This document shows, piece after piece, positions 46,829 through 56,347 of a stretch of 64,000 bases of DNA. The notes under the pieces are model-generated. The model worked only from the letters and a program-made list of their open reading frames with translations, was not told the origin of the DNA and made no database searches. The translations under genes were made by a program, and so were the position numbers. The DNA comes from an uncultured delta proteobacterium. GTDB taxonomy: Bacteria > Myxococcota_A > Polyangia > Polyangiales > Polyangiaceae. The stretch is from contig CAVQUB010000032.1 in NCBI GenBank assembly GCA_963716725.1, forward strand, positions 32,001 to 96,000, in the 5' to 3' direction. Numbering within the stretch: the first letter of the stretch is position 1; each line of letters opens with the position of its first letter.

Positions 46829-48127
46829 TCAGTCCTCCTGCTCCAGGTTCAGACGCAGGAAGTGGGTGGAACACGAGATGCACGGGTCGTAGTTGCGGAC
46901 GGTCTGCTCGGCCAGGCGGGTCGCGGCGTCGTGCGGCATGTCGGCCAGGCGCTTGGCGATCGTGAACAGGTCGTCCTCGATGGCCTTCTGATTCTGGGAG
47001 GTCGGAGGAATGATCTTCGCCTCCTCGATCAGGCCGTCGGCGCTGACGCGGTAGCGGTGATAGAGCGTGCCGCGCGGCGCCTCCGTGGCGGCCATGCCGA
47101 CTCCGGCACGGTTGGGCACGGGGACCCTCGAGACAAGAGGCGGCCGGTACGCCTCGATGATGGCGATAGCTTCGTCAAAGGCCTGAATGGTTTCTACCCC
47201 GCGTACCAGCAAGGTCTTGAAGGGATTTGCCACGGGAGGAACCAGACCGATGGACTCGGCGGCTCGCCGCGCGAAGGGCCGGAGCTCGTCGAAACACAGG
47301 TTGAAGCGCGCCAGCGGGCCCACCACGTAGGCGCCATGACCCAGGTGCACCGAGTGCAGCGCCGTCGAGCGCGCTACGTGCTGCTCCTCGAAGTGTTTCT
47401 CGTAGTCGTGCACGTCGATGTCGAGGCCACGATTCGAAACTAGGCGGCCCTCGCAGAAGGGATACTCTTCGGGGTGCCTCGTGCTGACCAGCTCCACCGG
47501 CCGTTCGAAGTCGGGGAAGGGCAGGCCGGCCAGCGTGGGCATCGCGTCGGCCAGCGCTTGCCTGGACCACGACAGCTCTGGCAAGAGTCCACGTAGCTCC
47601 GCCGCCGTCGGCGCGCGGTAGAAGCCGCCGACGCAGACGTTGATGGGATGGATCTCCCGCCCACCGAGCAGGTTCACGATGGCGTTGCCGGCCTTCTTCA
47701 TCCGTAGCGACGCCTTGACCAGGTCGCCGTGATCCTTTGCCATGTGGATCGCGTCCGGGTAGCCGAGGAAGTCCGGCGCGTGCAGCATGAACATGTGCAG
47801 CACGTGGCTCTCGATCCACTCGCCGCAGTAGAGCAGCCGCCGCAGCGTGCGAAGCTCGGGGGGGAGTGTCAGACCCACTGCGTCCTCGATGGCGTGGCAG
47901 GCGCTCATCTGGTAGGCGACCGGGCAGATGCCGCAGATGCGAGCCGTGATGTCTGGGGTCTCGAGCTGCGAGCGACCGATCAAGAAACCCTCGAAGAAGC
48001 GCGGCGGCTCGAAGATCCTCAGCTCGACGCTCTTTGGTTCTTTGCCCTTGAAGCGAATGGTGAGCGCGCCCTCGCCCTCGACGCGCGCCAAGTAGTCGAC
48101 CTTGATGGTGCGGGCGTTCTTGGTCAC
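46829..48127 (-). CDS. [NiFe]-hydrogenase large (alpha) subunit, group 3b-type
   Basis: [40 protein letters not shown] followed by a cleavable tail. Confidence 0.95.
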   Translation of the reverse strand: MTKNARTIKVDYLARVEGEGALTIRFKGKEPKSVELRIFEPPRFFEGFLIGRSQLETPDITARICGICPVAYQMSACHAIEDAVGLTLPPELRTLRRLLYCGEWIESHVLHMFMLHAPDFLGYPDAIHMAKDHGDLVKASLRMKKAGNAIVNLLGGREIHPINVCVGGFYRAPTAAELRGLLPELSWSRQALADAMPTLAGLPFPDFERPVELVSTRHPEEYPFCEGRLVSNRGLDIDVHDYEKHFEEQHVARSTALHSVHLGHGAYVVGPLARFNLCFDELRPFARRAAESIGLVPPVANPFKTLLVRGVETIQAFDEAIAIIEAYRPPLVSRVPVPNRAGVGMAATEAPRGTLYHRYRVSADGLIEEAKIIPPTSQNQKAIEDDLFTIAKRLADMPHDAATRLAEQTVRNYDPCISCSTHFLRLNLEQED

Positions 48128-48918
48128 GCTACGGGCTCCTTCTTCGGGGTCAGGCTCTGGTGCTCCGCTGCGAAGGCGGGCGCCGCCGCGTTGAAAGTGG
48201 CGTACAGACGCTGAATCTCCGCCGGGGTCCCGAGTTGGAGCAGCGCGGGGCGCAGGCCAGTTGGGTTGGCGCTCTTCGAGGGGCCGAAGCAGCCAAAGCA
48301 GCCTCGGGTGTAGGTGGGACAGAGCGCGTTGCAGCCGCTGTGGGTCACAGGTCCCAGACACGGCGTGCCGTGCGCGACCATCACGCAGACCGTCCCGCGG
48401 CGCTTGCAGTCGAGGCACACGGAATGATTCCCGATGCGTGGTGGTCGCTGGTTGAGGAAGGCGTTCAGTACCTCGAGCAGTTGCTCCTTGCTCACCGGGC
48501 AGCCTCGGAGCTCGAAGTCGACCGGCACGTGGTCGGCGACCGCGGTGGAGAGTGCCAGCGTCTTGATGTACTCGGGCCGCGCGTACACGACTCGGGTGAA
48601 TTCCGCGACGTCGGCGAAGTTCCGGAGCGCCTGGATCCCCCCGGCGGTGGCGCAGGCGCCGATGGTCACCAGCCGCTTGCTGACCCTTCGGATCTCGCGC
48701 AGTCGCTCCGCGTCGTGCTCGGTGGTGATCGAGCCTTCTACCAGCGTCAAGTCGTAGGGGCCCTTGACGATCCGACTGCTCGCTTCGAGGAAGTGCGCGA
48801 TGTCCACCGCGCCGGCGACCGCCAGGAGTTCGTCTTCGCAATCGAGCAGACTGAGCTGGCAGCCATCGCAGCTGGCCAGCTTGAACACCGCGAGCTTGGG
48901 CTTCTTGACAGACTTCAT
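48124..48918 (-). CDS. [NiFe]-hydrogenase small (delta) subunit
   Basis: [32 protein letters not shown]....CFGCFGP. Confidence 0.93.
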   Translation of the reverse strand: MKSVKKPKLAVFKLASCDGCQLSLLDCEDELLAVAGAVDIAHFLEASSRIVKGPYDLTLVEGSITTEHDAERLREIRRVSKRLVTIGACATAGGIQALRNFADVAEFTRVVYARPEYIKTLALSTAVADHVPVDFELRGCPVSKEQLLEVLNAFLNQRPPRIGNHSVCLDCKRRGTVCVMVAHGTPCLGPVTHSGCNALCPTYTRGCFGCFGPSKSANPTGLRPALLQLGTPAEIQRLYATFNAAAPAFAAEHQSLTPKKEPVA

Positions 48919-48921
48919 CGC

Positions 48922-49746
48922 TCAGAGCTCCCGCACGTTCATCAATGGTGCGACCTGGTGCAGCGGGTAAACCGGCCCGTCTTTGCATACGAAGGTGGGG
49001 CCGAGCTGGCAGTGACCGCAGGAGCCCACGCCACACTTCATGTTGCGCTCCATTGACAGGTAGATGCGCGAGGACGGAACGCCGAGACCTTCGAGCTCGC
49101 GGGATGCAAAGCGCATCATGACCTCCGGCCCGCACAGCATCGCCACCGTGTTTTCAGCCGCGAGGGAGAATCGGCCGAGCAGCTTGGTCACCACTCCACT
49201 GTGCCCGCGCCACCTGGGGTCGCCGCGGTCCACGGTCACCTCGAGGTCGATGTCGATCCGACCACGCCACTTCGCGATCTCTTTCCCGAAGAGCAAATCG
49301 TCGGGCGTGCGGGCGCCATAGGCGATACAGACCTTCCCGAAGACTTGGCGACGCGACAGGATGCTGTAGATGACCGGCCGCAGCGGGGCCAGTCCGATGC
49401 CGCCGGCGACCAAGATCACATCTCGGCCTTGTGCTTCGTCCACCGGCCAAGGAGTCCCGAAGGGGCCGCGCACACCGAGGCTGTCGCCCCGGCGGAGCTT
49501 CTCCAAGGCTCGAGTGGTGGGTCCCACGGCCCGCACCGTGTGGGTGAGCACCGCGGGCCTGAGGGGGTCGCCGCTGATCGAAATCGGCACCTCGCCCAAT
49601 CCAAACGCGTAGAGCATGTTGAACTGCCCCGGCGCAAAGCGAAAACCACCGCGGGGCCTTGCGTCCAGATCGAAGGTGAAGGTGTCTTTGGTGTCGTGCC
49701 GCATCCGCAGCACTTCCATCGGCTCGAGTTTCAGGGCGTCGCTCAT
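48922..49746 (-). CDS. Hydrogenase FAD/NAD(P)-binding (gamma) subunit
   Basis: [56 protein letters not shown]. Confidence 0.93.
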   Translation of the reverse strand: MSDALKLEPMEVLRMRHDTKDTFTFDLDARPRGGFRFAPGQFNMLYAFGLGEVPISISGDPLRPAVLTHTVRAVGPTTRALEKLRRGDSLGVRGPFGTPWPVDEAQGRDVILVAGGIGLAPLRPVIYSILSRRQVFGKVCIAYGARTPDDLLFGKEIAKWRGRIDIDLEVTVDRGDPRWRGHSGVVTKLLGRFSLAAENTVAMLCGPEVMMRFASRELEGLGVPSSRIYLSMERNMKCGVGSCGHCQLGPTFVCKDGPVYPLHQVAPLMNVREL

Positions 49747-50213
49747 CCGAGCTCCGACTTGTACACGTCGAGTTGTTGGAGACGCGCTTGCGTCAGACGG
49801 TCGGAAGCACAGGCCAAGAGCTTGAGCGTGAATGCATAGCCAAAGCTGGGATCGGCCTGCACTTTGCCGCGGATACAGTTCGCGTCGAAGCTGAAGACGA
49901 GCGTCGGCTCGAGGGCGCGGGCGTCCAATTGCCAACGGAAGGGTGGCAGGAGCACTGACCAACCAACGATGTCTCCGGAACTGGCGGTGTCGACCTGCAG
50001 CGACCCTCGGCCGGGCACGTGAGTCTCGATGGCCACGGAACCGCTGCGCACCAGGAACATCGCGTCGGCTAGCGAGCCCTCACGCACCAGGTAGTCGTCG
50101 GCCTCGTAGCGCGCGTTCTTGGCACAGCCGGCCAGGAACTCGACCTGGGCTTGAGTGAGCTCCTTGCAGAAGGGGTGCTCCGCTAGTGAACGGGCGAGCG
50201 ATTCGGGTTTCAT
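49743..50213 (-). CDS. Stand-alone cyclic nucleotide-binding (CAP_ED) domain protein
   Basis: [33 protein letters not shown]; no HTH; coupled to both neighbours. Confidence 0.85.
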   Translation of the reverse strand: MKPESLARSLAEHPFCKELTQAQVEFLAGCAKNARYEADDYLVREGSLADAMFLVRSGSVAIETHVPGRGSLQVDTASSGDIVGWSVLLPPFRWQLDARALEPTLVFSFDANCIRGKVQADPSFGYAFTLKLLACASDRLTQARLQQLDVYKSELG

Positions 50214-51331
50214 GATGCCTTCTCCGGTCTTCGAAGGGAGGCGATGTGCGCGGCCTCTTCGGTGATGTCGATGCCCGTCGGGCACCAGGTAATGCAGCGG
50301 CCGCAACCGACGCAGCCCGATGAGCCGAACTGCTGGTGCCAGGTCGAGAGTTTGTGGGTGATCCACTGCCGGTAGCGAGCGCGCGTGCTGGGACGTACGG
50401 GTCCCCCGTGGATGTAAGAGAAGTCCGAGGTGAAGCAGGAGTCCCAGCGACGCCGGCGTTCGGCGCCCGTACCATCGAGCTCAGTGAAGTCTTCGATGGT
50501 ATTGCAGAAGCACGTGGGGCAAACCTGCGTGCAGTTGGTGCAGGCGAGGCAGCGTTGCGCGACGTCGGCGTAGCGCGGATGGTCGAGATCCCGAGCCAGC
50601 TTCTCCGGGAGCCCGACGCTCTCGAGCCGGCGAGTGATGCGCTCGGCCGCGACGATGGGAACCTTGGCCGCATGGACGCGATCGATCACGTTGGCGGCCG
50701 TGAGCCCGAGCTCCCTCACCAAGGTCACCCCGATCGCGCTGCCGGTCTCCACGATGAAGCGGTGCTCGCCGGTCGTCAGCTCGGTCAGCGCGAGATCCCA
50801 CGGGCCGTCGGCCCGGGGACCCGTGCCCATGGATGTGCAGAAGCAGCTCGCCGATGGGGAGCCGCAGTGTACTGCGACCACTATCACGTCGGAGCGCCGC
50901 GCCGCGTAGCGTTCATCGCGGAAGCGGTCGCCCTCGAAGACTCGATCCTGGATCCGGAGCGCCGCAAGATCGCAACCGCGGGCTCCGAGCAGCGCCAGCT
51001 TTCTGGGCGCGAGGGGCTCCGGGGTGAAGCGCAGCGACTTGCCCTCGCGGTGTACGCGATAGAGGCGCTCCTCGGGCACGTGGAACTGACGCTTGAACGA
51101 GGTCGGACCCACCGCGAACCCGAACAATGCCCGGTCGTCTCGCTCCACGATGCGATAGCGCCCGGGAGCTTGCTCGTCCGTGAGGCCGACGGGAAGGTCG
51201 GTGTCGCTCTCCACGGAGTCGTAGGTGATCGCACCCTCGCGCAGTGTCGGCCCGATCACGTCGTAGCCCCGAGCGCGCAAGGCGCTCATCAGCTCACCGA
51301 TTCGAGAACGTGGGAGCAGCCAGGCGTCCAT
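50210..51331 (-). CDS. Hydrogenase 4Fe-4S dicluster (beta) subunit
   Basis: [44 protein letters not shown]. Confidence 0.93.
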   Translation of the reverse strand: MDAWLLPRSRIGELMSALRARGYDVIGPTLREGAITYDSVESDTDLPVGLTDEQAPGRYRIVERDDRALFGFAVGPTSFKRQFHVPEERLYRVHREGKSLRFTPEPLAPRKLALLGARGCDLAALRIQDRVFEGDRFRDERYAARRSDVIVVAVHCGSPSASCFCTSMGTGPRADGPWDLALTELTTGEHRFIVETGSAIGVTLVRELGLTAANVIDRVHAAKVPIVAAERITRRLESVGLPEKLARDLDHPRYADVAQRCLACTNCTQVCPTCFCNTIEDFTELDGTGAERRRRWDSCFTSDFSYIHGGPVRPSTRARYRQWITHKLSTWHQQFGSSGCVGCGRCITWCPTGIDITEEAAHIASLRRPEKAS

Positions 51332-51372
51332 GGTCAATCCTGCGCGGGGTGAACGAACATGCGCGCGACCGT

Positions 51373-51388
51373 TGCAGGGCGCGTGCCA
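51373..51388 (-). promoter_or_regulatory. sigma54 promoter of the hydrogenase operon
   Basis: Minus strand TGGCACGCGCCCTGCA; upstream perfect GCGCAAGGTATGCGC (51451-51465) and a half-matching site at 51421-51435. Confidence 0.7.
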
Positions 51389-51473
51389 CCGCCAGGGAGT
51401 CGAGTTTCCCGCGGCGCGGGGTCGAGAGCTTGCGTCGGAGCGGTCCCAGCGCGCAAGGTATGCGCGACTTGTC

Positions 51474-52676
51474 ATGGCTGACGCGTACGAGCGCCTTCGC
51501 GATGCCGTCCGAGGCGAGAGATTGCCGCTCGCGCTCCTCGATTTCGACGCGGTCTCGAGGAATGCGGAGACTCTGCTGGCGCCGGCCCGCGCCCGTCGAA
51601 AGACCATTCGACTAGCGACCAAGTCATTGCGCAGCCCGGAGCTCATTCGCCGGGTGATGGCGCTGGACCCAGGGGTCTTTCGCGGACTCATGGCCTACGC
51701 GCCGGCCGAGGTCAGCGCGCTCCTCGACGATGGCTTCGACGATGTCCTGCTCGCCTATCCAACCTGTCAGGTCCCGCTGCTGAGGGAGTTGTCGCGGCGC
51801 GCCGCCGCGGGGCGCAACGTCATGGTGATGGTGGATGATCTCCAACACATCCTGGCGCTCGACGAGGCCTGTCGCGCGGGAGGCGGCGTCATCGGCGTGG
51901 TCGTCGACGTCGACATGTCGCTGCGGCTCCTGCACGGCAGGGTTCACTTGGGTGTGCGTCGGTCGCCGGTCCGCGACGCGGATCGCGCGCTCGCGCTCGC
52001 GGAGGCCGTGCTCGGCCGCCGCAGTCTCCGCCTCGCGGGGTTCATGGGCTACGAGGCCCAGGTCGCCGGGCTCACCGACGCGGGCGGCTCGAGGGTGGAC
52101 AACGCGCTCAAGTCCACGGTGCGTGCGCTCTCACGGCGCCACGCCGCGGCGCTCCGCGGGGAAATCAGCGCGCGCGCGCGGTCGCGGGGTATCGAAGTTG
52201 CGGTCTTCAATGGCGGTGGCTCCGGTAGCATCGACAGCTCGTCCAGTGACGACGCGCTCAGCGAGGTGACCGTCGGCTCCGGGTTGCTCGACGGCCACCT
52301 CTTCGACCACTACTCGAACGTGAGCTTCGAGCCCGCCCTCTACTTTGCCCTCGAAGTAGCGCGCCGACCCGAGATTGGAATCGTCACCTGCGCCGGCGGA
52401 GGTTACATCGCGTCCGGTCCCGCGGGACGCGATCGCCTGCCACTGCCATGGCTTCCGCGAGGTCTGTCGCTGCTGCCCTACGAAGGGGCCGGGGAGGTTC
52501 AGACGCCGCTCGCGCAGCGGCCCGGGGTCCGGCTCAGGGTCGGTGATCCCGTCTTCTTCCGCCACGCGAAGGCGGGCGAGCTCGCCGAGCGGTTTTCCGA
52601 GTACCTGCTGCTCGAAGGAGATGGCGTCTCGGCACGGCTGCCGACCTATCGCGGCCTCGGGCGCTGTTACCCCTGA
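51474..52676 (+). CDS. Fold-type III PLP enzyme (alanine racemase-like amino acid deaminase/aldolase)
   Basis: IRLATKSLR (PLP Lys), DVLLAYP, GVRRSP, GFMGYEAQVAG, NGGGSGS, EGAGEVQTP, FRHAKAGELAE. Confidence 0.88.
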   Translation: MADAYERLRDAVRGERLPLALLDFDAVSRNAETLLAPARARRKTIRLATKSLRSPELIRRVMALDPGVFRGLMAYAPAEVSALLDDGFDDVLLAYPTCQVPLLRELSRRAAAGRNVMVMVDDLQHILALDEACRAGGGVIGVVVDVDMSLRLLHGRVHLGVRRSPVRDADRALALAEAVLGRRSLRLAGFMGYEAQVAGLTDAGGSRVDNALKSTVRALSRRHAAALRGEISARARSRGIEVAVFNGGGSGSIDSSSSDDALSEVTVGSGLLDGHLFDHYSNVSFEPALYFALEVARRPEIGIVTCAGGGYIASGPAGRDRLPLPWLPRGLSLLPYEGAGEVQTPLAQRPGVRLRVGDPVFFRHAKAGELAERFSEYLLLEGDGVSARLPTYRGLGRCYP

Positions 52677-52703
52677 GTCAGGGGGCAGCTCCGACGCCCG
52701 GCC

Positions 52704-53527
52704 ATGCTGTCCGCGGGCTCGTGTACCCTCGGCTCGGTGAGTGTCTTCGCGTCGCTGTCCCTTGAACCCTGGGTCGTGGCCACGCCGGGCCTCCGCCCGC
52801 GTCTGGCGGAGCGTGTCCTCGGCTTCGAACGGGACTCTTTGCGCTGGTACGATCCGACGCGGTGTTCCAGTGAACGATTCCTGGACCAGCTCGAACGCAT
52901 CGACGAACTCACCTTCGGTCCCCTCGGTCTCCGGATGCCCCGCTGGGCCTTCTACGACTGCGCAGAGTTGCCGGGCGCATTGTTTGGCTTCGGCGCTTCG
53001 AGGGCGCATCTCCCGGAAAGCGTGCGGGCTCGGCTGCCGGACGCGGGGCCGTTCATGCCGATCAGTATGTGCATGGCGACGCCCATGGTGCGCCCCGACG
53101 AGTGGCTCACCTTCTCGATTTCGTCGTTGCTCGACTTGGAGCCCGGACCTGACGCCGTCAGTCTCGGCGTCGAGACGCTGGCGCTCACGCTGGCAGCGCT
53201 GCGCCCGCGACGCGTGCACGGCACGATGCAGTGGCGCTCGCCCAGCCTGGCAGTGCACGCTCGCTTCGCACCGCTCGAGGTGCGCGCAGCGTGGGTTCCC
53301 GCGCACACCCACGCGGCGACCTGCGTCTTTGCTTTCGACGTCGATGAGGGCCTCATCGAGCGCGCTCTGTCGCGACCGGACCTCACCACCGGCCGGGGCA
53401 CGATCGTCGATCCCGAAGACGCGGCCGGACTCGAGGAGCTCCAGCGGCGGATCGAGGCGGGCGGATCGCTGAGGCTGCTCGGCGCGACACCTTCGTCACT
53501 GGCCTGCGTTGCGTGGGGGATCCATGA
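52704..53527 (+). CDS. Hypothetical protein, paralog 1 (expected stop at 53525-53527 is out of frame by 1 nt)
   Basis: Shares TFGP.G..MPRW.F.D.AELPG, QW.S..L..H.R..PL, AW.PAH and LQ.RIE.G with the next gene; as written it reads on to 54188; start may be the GTG at 52737. Confidence 0.7.
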
Positions 53528-54390
53528 CGACCCTCGCACTGGCCAACTCCGCGCTCTCTGCTCGCCTCCGGCCCTTCGTGGTGGCCCTCGAAGAACACCG
53601 CGCCGAGTTCGACTGCGGCGCGTTCGGCTGGGTCATTGGCCGGGAAGACCGCTTGGATCCGCTGCGGCTCGCCTCAGTCCGCTTTCTCGAAATCCTCCGG
53701 CGGCTGGACGCGGCCACCTTCGGTCCCGAAGGCATGCCCATGCCGCGCTGGGTCTTCTTCGACGGGGCGGAGTTGCCCGGCGGCATCGTCGGCTTCGGGG
53801 CCGACGCGGGAACGCTGTCCCTTCACACTCGGCAGCTGCTCGAGGTCGAGGCGAGCTACCAAGGGCTGGTGCCCCTCTCGATGTTCATTGCGATCCCCAC
53901 CCACGAGCCCGGAACCTGGATGGCGCACAACCTCGCCAGCATGGCGCCGCAGGTTCCGGACGAAGCGCTGCAGGGGTTGGGCGGATTGACCAAGGCCTAT
54001 GGACTTCGGGTCTACCGTGTGCGGCGTCAGATCGGCGCGACCCAGTGGAACTCGAGCGCGCTGTCGATCCACACCCGGCTGGGCCCTCTCGATCTCGCGA
54101 GCGCCTGGACACCTGCGCACAGCGAGCCGTGGACCCTGACCTACGGTGTGGACGTGACCGAAAGCGCCCTGCTCAATCTTGCGCGTGACGCTGCGGGAGC
54201 CGTGGAGACACCGTCCGTGGATCTCTGGATCGACTCCGACGACCACGCGGCGATGCGCGATCTCCAAGCACGCATCGAGTCGGGGGAACGCTTCCGAATC
54301 GTGGGCAAACCCCAGCGCGTCGCACAGAAGCGACTGCGCGTGCCCGTGGGCATCGTGCCGCCGGTCGGGTCTCCGGCCGGCGCCAGATGA
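53524..54390 (+). CDS. Hypothetical protein, paralog 2
   Basis: TFGPEGMPMPRWVFFDGAELPGG, GATQWNSSALSIHTRLGPL, AWTPAH; high-GC codon pattern. Confidence 0.8.
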   Translation: MTTLALANSALSARLRPFVVALEEHRAEFDCGAFGWVIGREDRLDPLRLASVRFLEILRRLDAATFGPEGMPMPRWVFFDGAELPGGIVGFGADAGTLSLHTRQLLEVEASYQGLVPLSMFIAIPTHEPGTWMAHNLASMAPQVPDEALQGLGGLTKAYGLRVYRVRRQIGATQWNSSALSIHTRLGPLDLASAWTPAHSEPWTLTYGVDVTESALLNLARDAAGAVETPSVDLWIDSDDHAAMRDLQARIESGERFRIVGKPQRVAQKRLRVPVGIVPPVGSPAGAR

Positions 54391-54488
54391 GGCCCGGCCA
54401 GGTCTGGGCGGCCGCATCGGTTGCCGCCGGGGCCGTCGCGCCTGCACTCTTTGCGGGCGCCCCGGGCAGTGGACGCGCGTTTTTCTCC

Positions 54489-54504
54489 TGGAACGAAGCT
54501 TGCT
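54489..54504 (+). promoter_or_regulatory. sigma54 promoter for the small coiled-coil and CBS fusion genes
   Basis: TGGAACGAAGCTTGCT; paired GCA-N5-TGC sites at 54412-54426 and 54442-54456. Confidence 0.7.
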
Positions 54505-54520
54505 CCGACCCCCGTCTGCC

Positions 54521-54775
54521 ATGACCACCACCCAAAACCTCAAGAGCACGTTGGAAAAAGAGCTCGGCGACCTCGCGCAGCTTCGAGACGAAATCCGAGT
54601 CAAGGTTCATTTGGCGGGCCTCGACGCCAAGAGCGCGTGGAAGGAGCTGGAGCCGCGCTTGGACGAGCTCGAGCGAGATTTCCGAGTTGAGAGCGCCGGC
54701 GTCAAGGACGCGAGCCTGCTGCTCGCGCGGGATCTGAAGTCCGCGTTCGAGCAATTCCGCTCGCGTCTGGTCTGA
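54521..54775 (+). CDS. Small coiled-coil hypothetical protein (84 aa)
   Basis: MTTTQNLKSTLEKELGDLAQLRDEIRVKVHLAGLDAKSAWKELE...; amphipathic helices. Confidence 0.8.
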   Translation: MTTTQNLKSTLEKELGDLAQLRDEIRVKVHLAGLDAKSAWKELEPRLDELERDFRVESAGVKDASLLLARDLKSAFEQFRSRLV

Positions 54776-54793
54776 ATCCGCGGGCGGTCGCCA

Positions 54794-55531
54794 ATGCCAC
54801 GCACAGTCAAGGAGATCATGAACGGCGAGCTGTTCAGCTTGCGTACCCACGACGCCGCCGCGCAAGCGCTTGGATACATCGTGGGGCTCGGGATCACCGC
54901 GGCCCCCGTGCTCGACCAAGACAAGAAACCGGTGGGGATGGCGTCGTTTCGAGATCTGCTGAGGTTGCCGACCCCGGCGACGGTGGCGGAGTGCATGACC
55001 TCCCCCGCGCTGACGCTGCGATCCGACGCGCCAGTGGAAGAAGCCGCGCGGCTCTTGACCGAGCGTGGCGTTCACCGGGTCGTCGTCGTCGACTCCGACG
55101 GACGCGCCGTCGGCATCGCCTCGGCCCTCGACGTGATTCGCGGGCTCTTGGGTTTGCCAGCGCTGCACCCGTCGGCGTTCCCGCATTGGGACTCGACGCG
55201 AGGCGTTTCGTGGTGTGACGACACCTTGCTCGAAGTCGATCGGTTGGACGCCGCGCCGGACGCTCCCGGAGCGTTTGCGCTGATCCGCGGGGGGAAGGGG
55301 ATTGAAGAGCGCGTGGTGTGGGCAGAAGCGGCCCACAACGTTCGCACCCGACTCTACGACCTCTTGGCGAGACCGCAGAGCGAGCAGCCGATGCTCGCGC
55401 GGCTGCTCGAGAGTCACTCGGATTTGCGGTTTAGAGCTGCTGCGATAGCGAGGGCCGACCGGCGAGAGTCCGTCTCGGAGTCCTTGATGGGAGAAGCGCG
55501 TTCGGCGCTAGCACCTACGAGGGCAGAGTGA
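54794..55531 (+). CDS. CBS-pair protein with a C-terminal degenerate GIY-YIG-like domain
   Basis: VKEIMN, ITAAPVLD...VGM, VHRVVVVD.DGRAVGIASALD; then APDAPGAFAL...VVWAEAAHNVRTRL. Confidence 0.8.
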   Translation: MPRTVKEIMNGELFSLRTHDAAAQALGYIVGLGITAAPVLDQDKKPVGMASFRDLLRLPTPATVAECMTSPALTLRSDAPVEEAARLLTERGVHRVVVVDSDGRAVGIASALDVIRGLLGLPALHPSAFPHWDSTRGVSWCDDTLLEVDRLDAAPDAPGAFALIRGGKGIEERVVWAEAAHNVRTRLYDLLARPQSEQPMLARLLESHSDLRFRAAAIARADRRESVSESLMGEARSALAPTRAE

Positions 55532-55561
55532 GAGCGGGTCGAGCGTGCTGGCGCCCGACTC

Positions 55562-56314
55562 TCACTCGAATCCGTTCAGGTGGACCAAGTACCACTCGCC
55601 GCGCCACGAGATCAGGCTGGTGACCTCGAGGGTGGCCGGCTTGCCTTCCGAAGTCTCGTAGCGCAGGCGATTCCGCGTGACGCGGAAGTAGCCGAGCTTG
55701 TTGCCTTCGCTCCGCGGTTTCATCCACTTCATGCGGTCTTTTGCTAGCTCGAAGCCGACGAAGCGGGCCTGCCCGGCCTTGGGTCCGAGCCGCTTGTTGT
55801 AGTCGCGGATGTCGCGGCGGAAGTTCGCCAGCAGGCGCCGCTCCCAGTCGCGCTTGGGATCCTTCACGTCTTTGACTTTTTCGTAGGCAACGATCGGAAA
55901 GAAGAAGGGCTCGGCGATGGTCGGGTCGTTCTCTTGAATGGCTCGGAAGAGCGCCCGCACCCCGGCACTGAACCAGGCCGAGGTCGAAGTCGGTTCGTCC
56001 TCGGTCTGGGGCAAGGCGCTCCCGTCGGGTGCGAGGAGTGTGGGTGGCACGAGGGCGCGGTCGCCCGTCGCCGCGTCGCTCGCCGCGATGCGCGCGTCGC
56101 CTGCGTCGCCTGCGTCGCCTACAGCTGGACTGGCCCCGCTGTCCCGCACGCGCACCGGCTCACCGGGGGCTCGCTTTGGTTGCGAGAGGCGTCGCTCGTG
56201 CGGCGCGGCGCCGTTGGTCGACGTGGTGCCCGACGAGGTCGGGCGGCGCGGTGGATCCGCGTGATCACAAGCGAGGAGGCAGAAGGCTGCAGCCAGGGCG
56301 ATGCGAGTGGACAT
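55562..56314 (-). CDS. Putative lipoprotein of unknown function
   Basis: Lipobox CLLAC, low-complexity linker, globular C-terminus ending LISWRGEWYLVHL. Confidence 0.75.
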   Translation of the reverse strand: MSTRIALAAAFCLLACDHADPPRRPTSSGTTSTNGAAPHERRLSQPKRAPGEPVRVRDSGASPAVGDAGDAGDARIAASDAATGDRALVPPTLLAPDGSALPQTEDEPTSTSAWFSAGVRALFRAIQENDPTIAEPFFFPIVAYEKVKDVKDPKRDWERRLLANFRRDIRDYNKRLGPKAGQARFVGFELAKDRMKWMKPRSEGNKLGYFRVTRNRLRYETSEGKPATLEVTSLISWRGEWYLVHLNGFE

Positions 56315-56347
56315 CTGCCGGCAGACTAGCCTCGGTCGCGGCAGAAT

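Noticed and set aside
38117..49962. N-terminally extended ORFs for hypE (654 aa), hypD (441 aa), large subunit (768 aa) and gamma subunit (346 aa)
   Set aside because: Extensions are Arg/Pro-rich off-frame readings of upstream genes; family motifs begin at the internal starts
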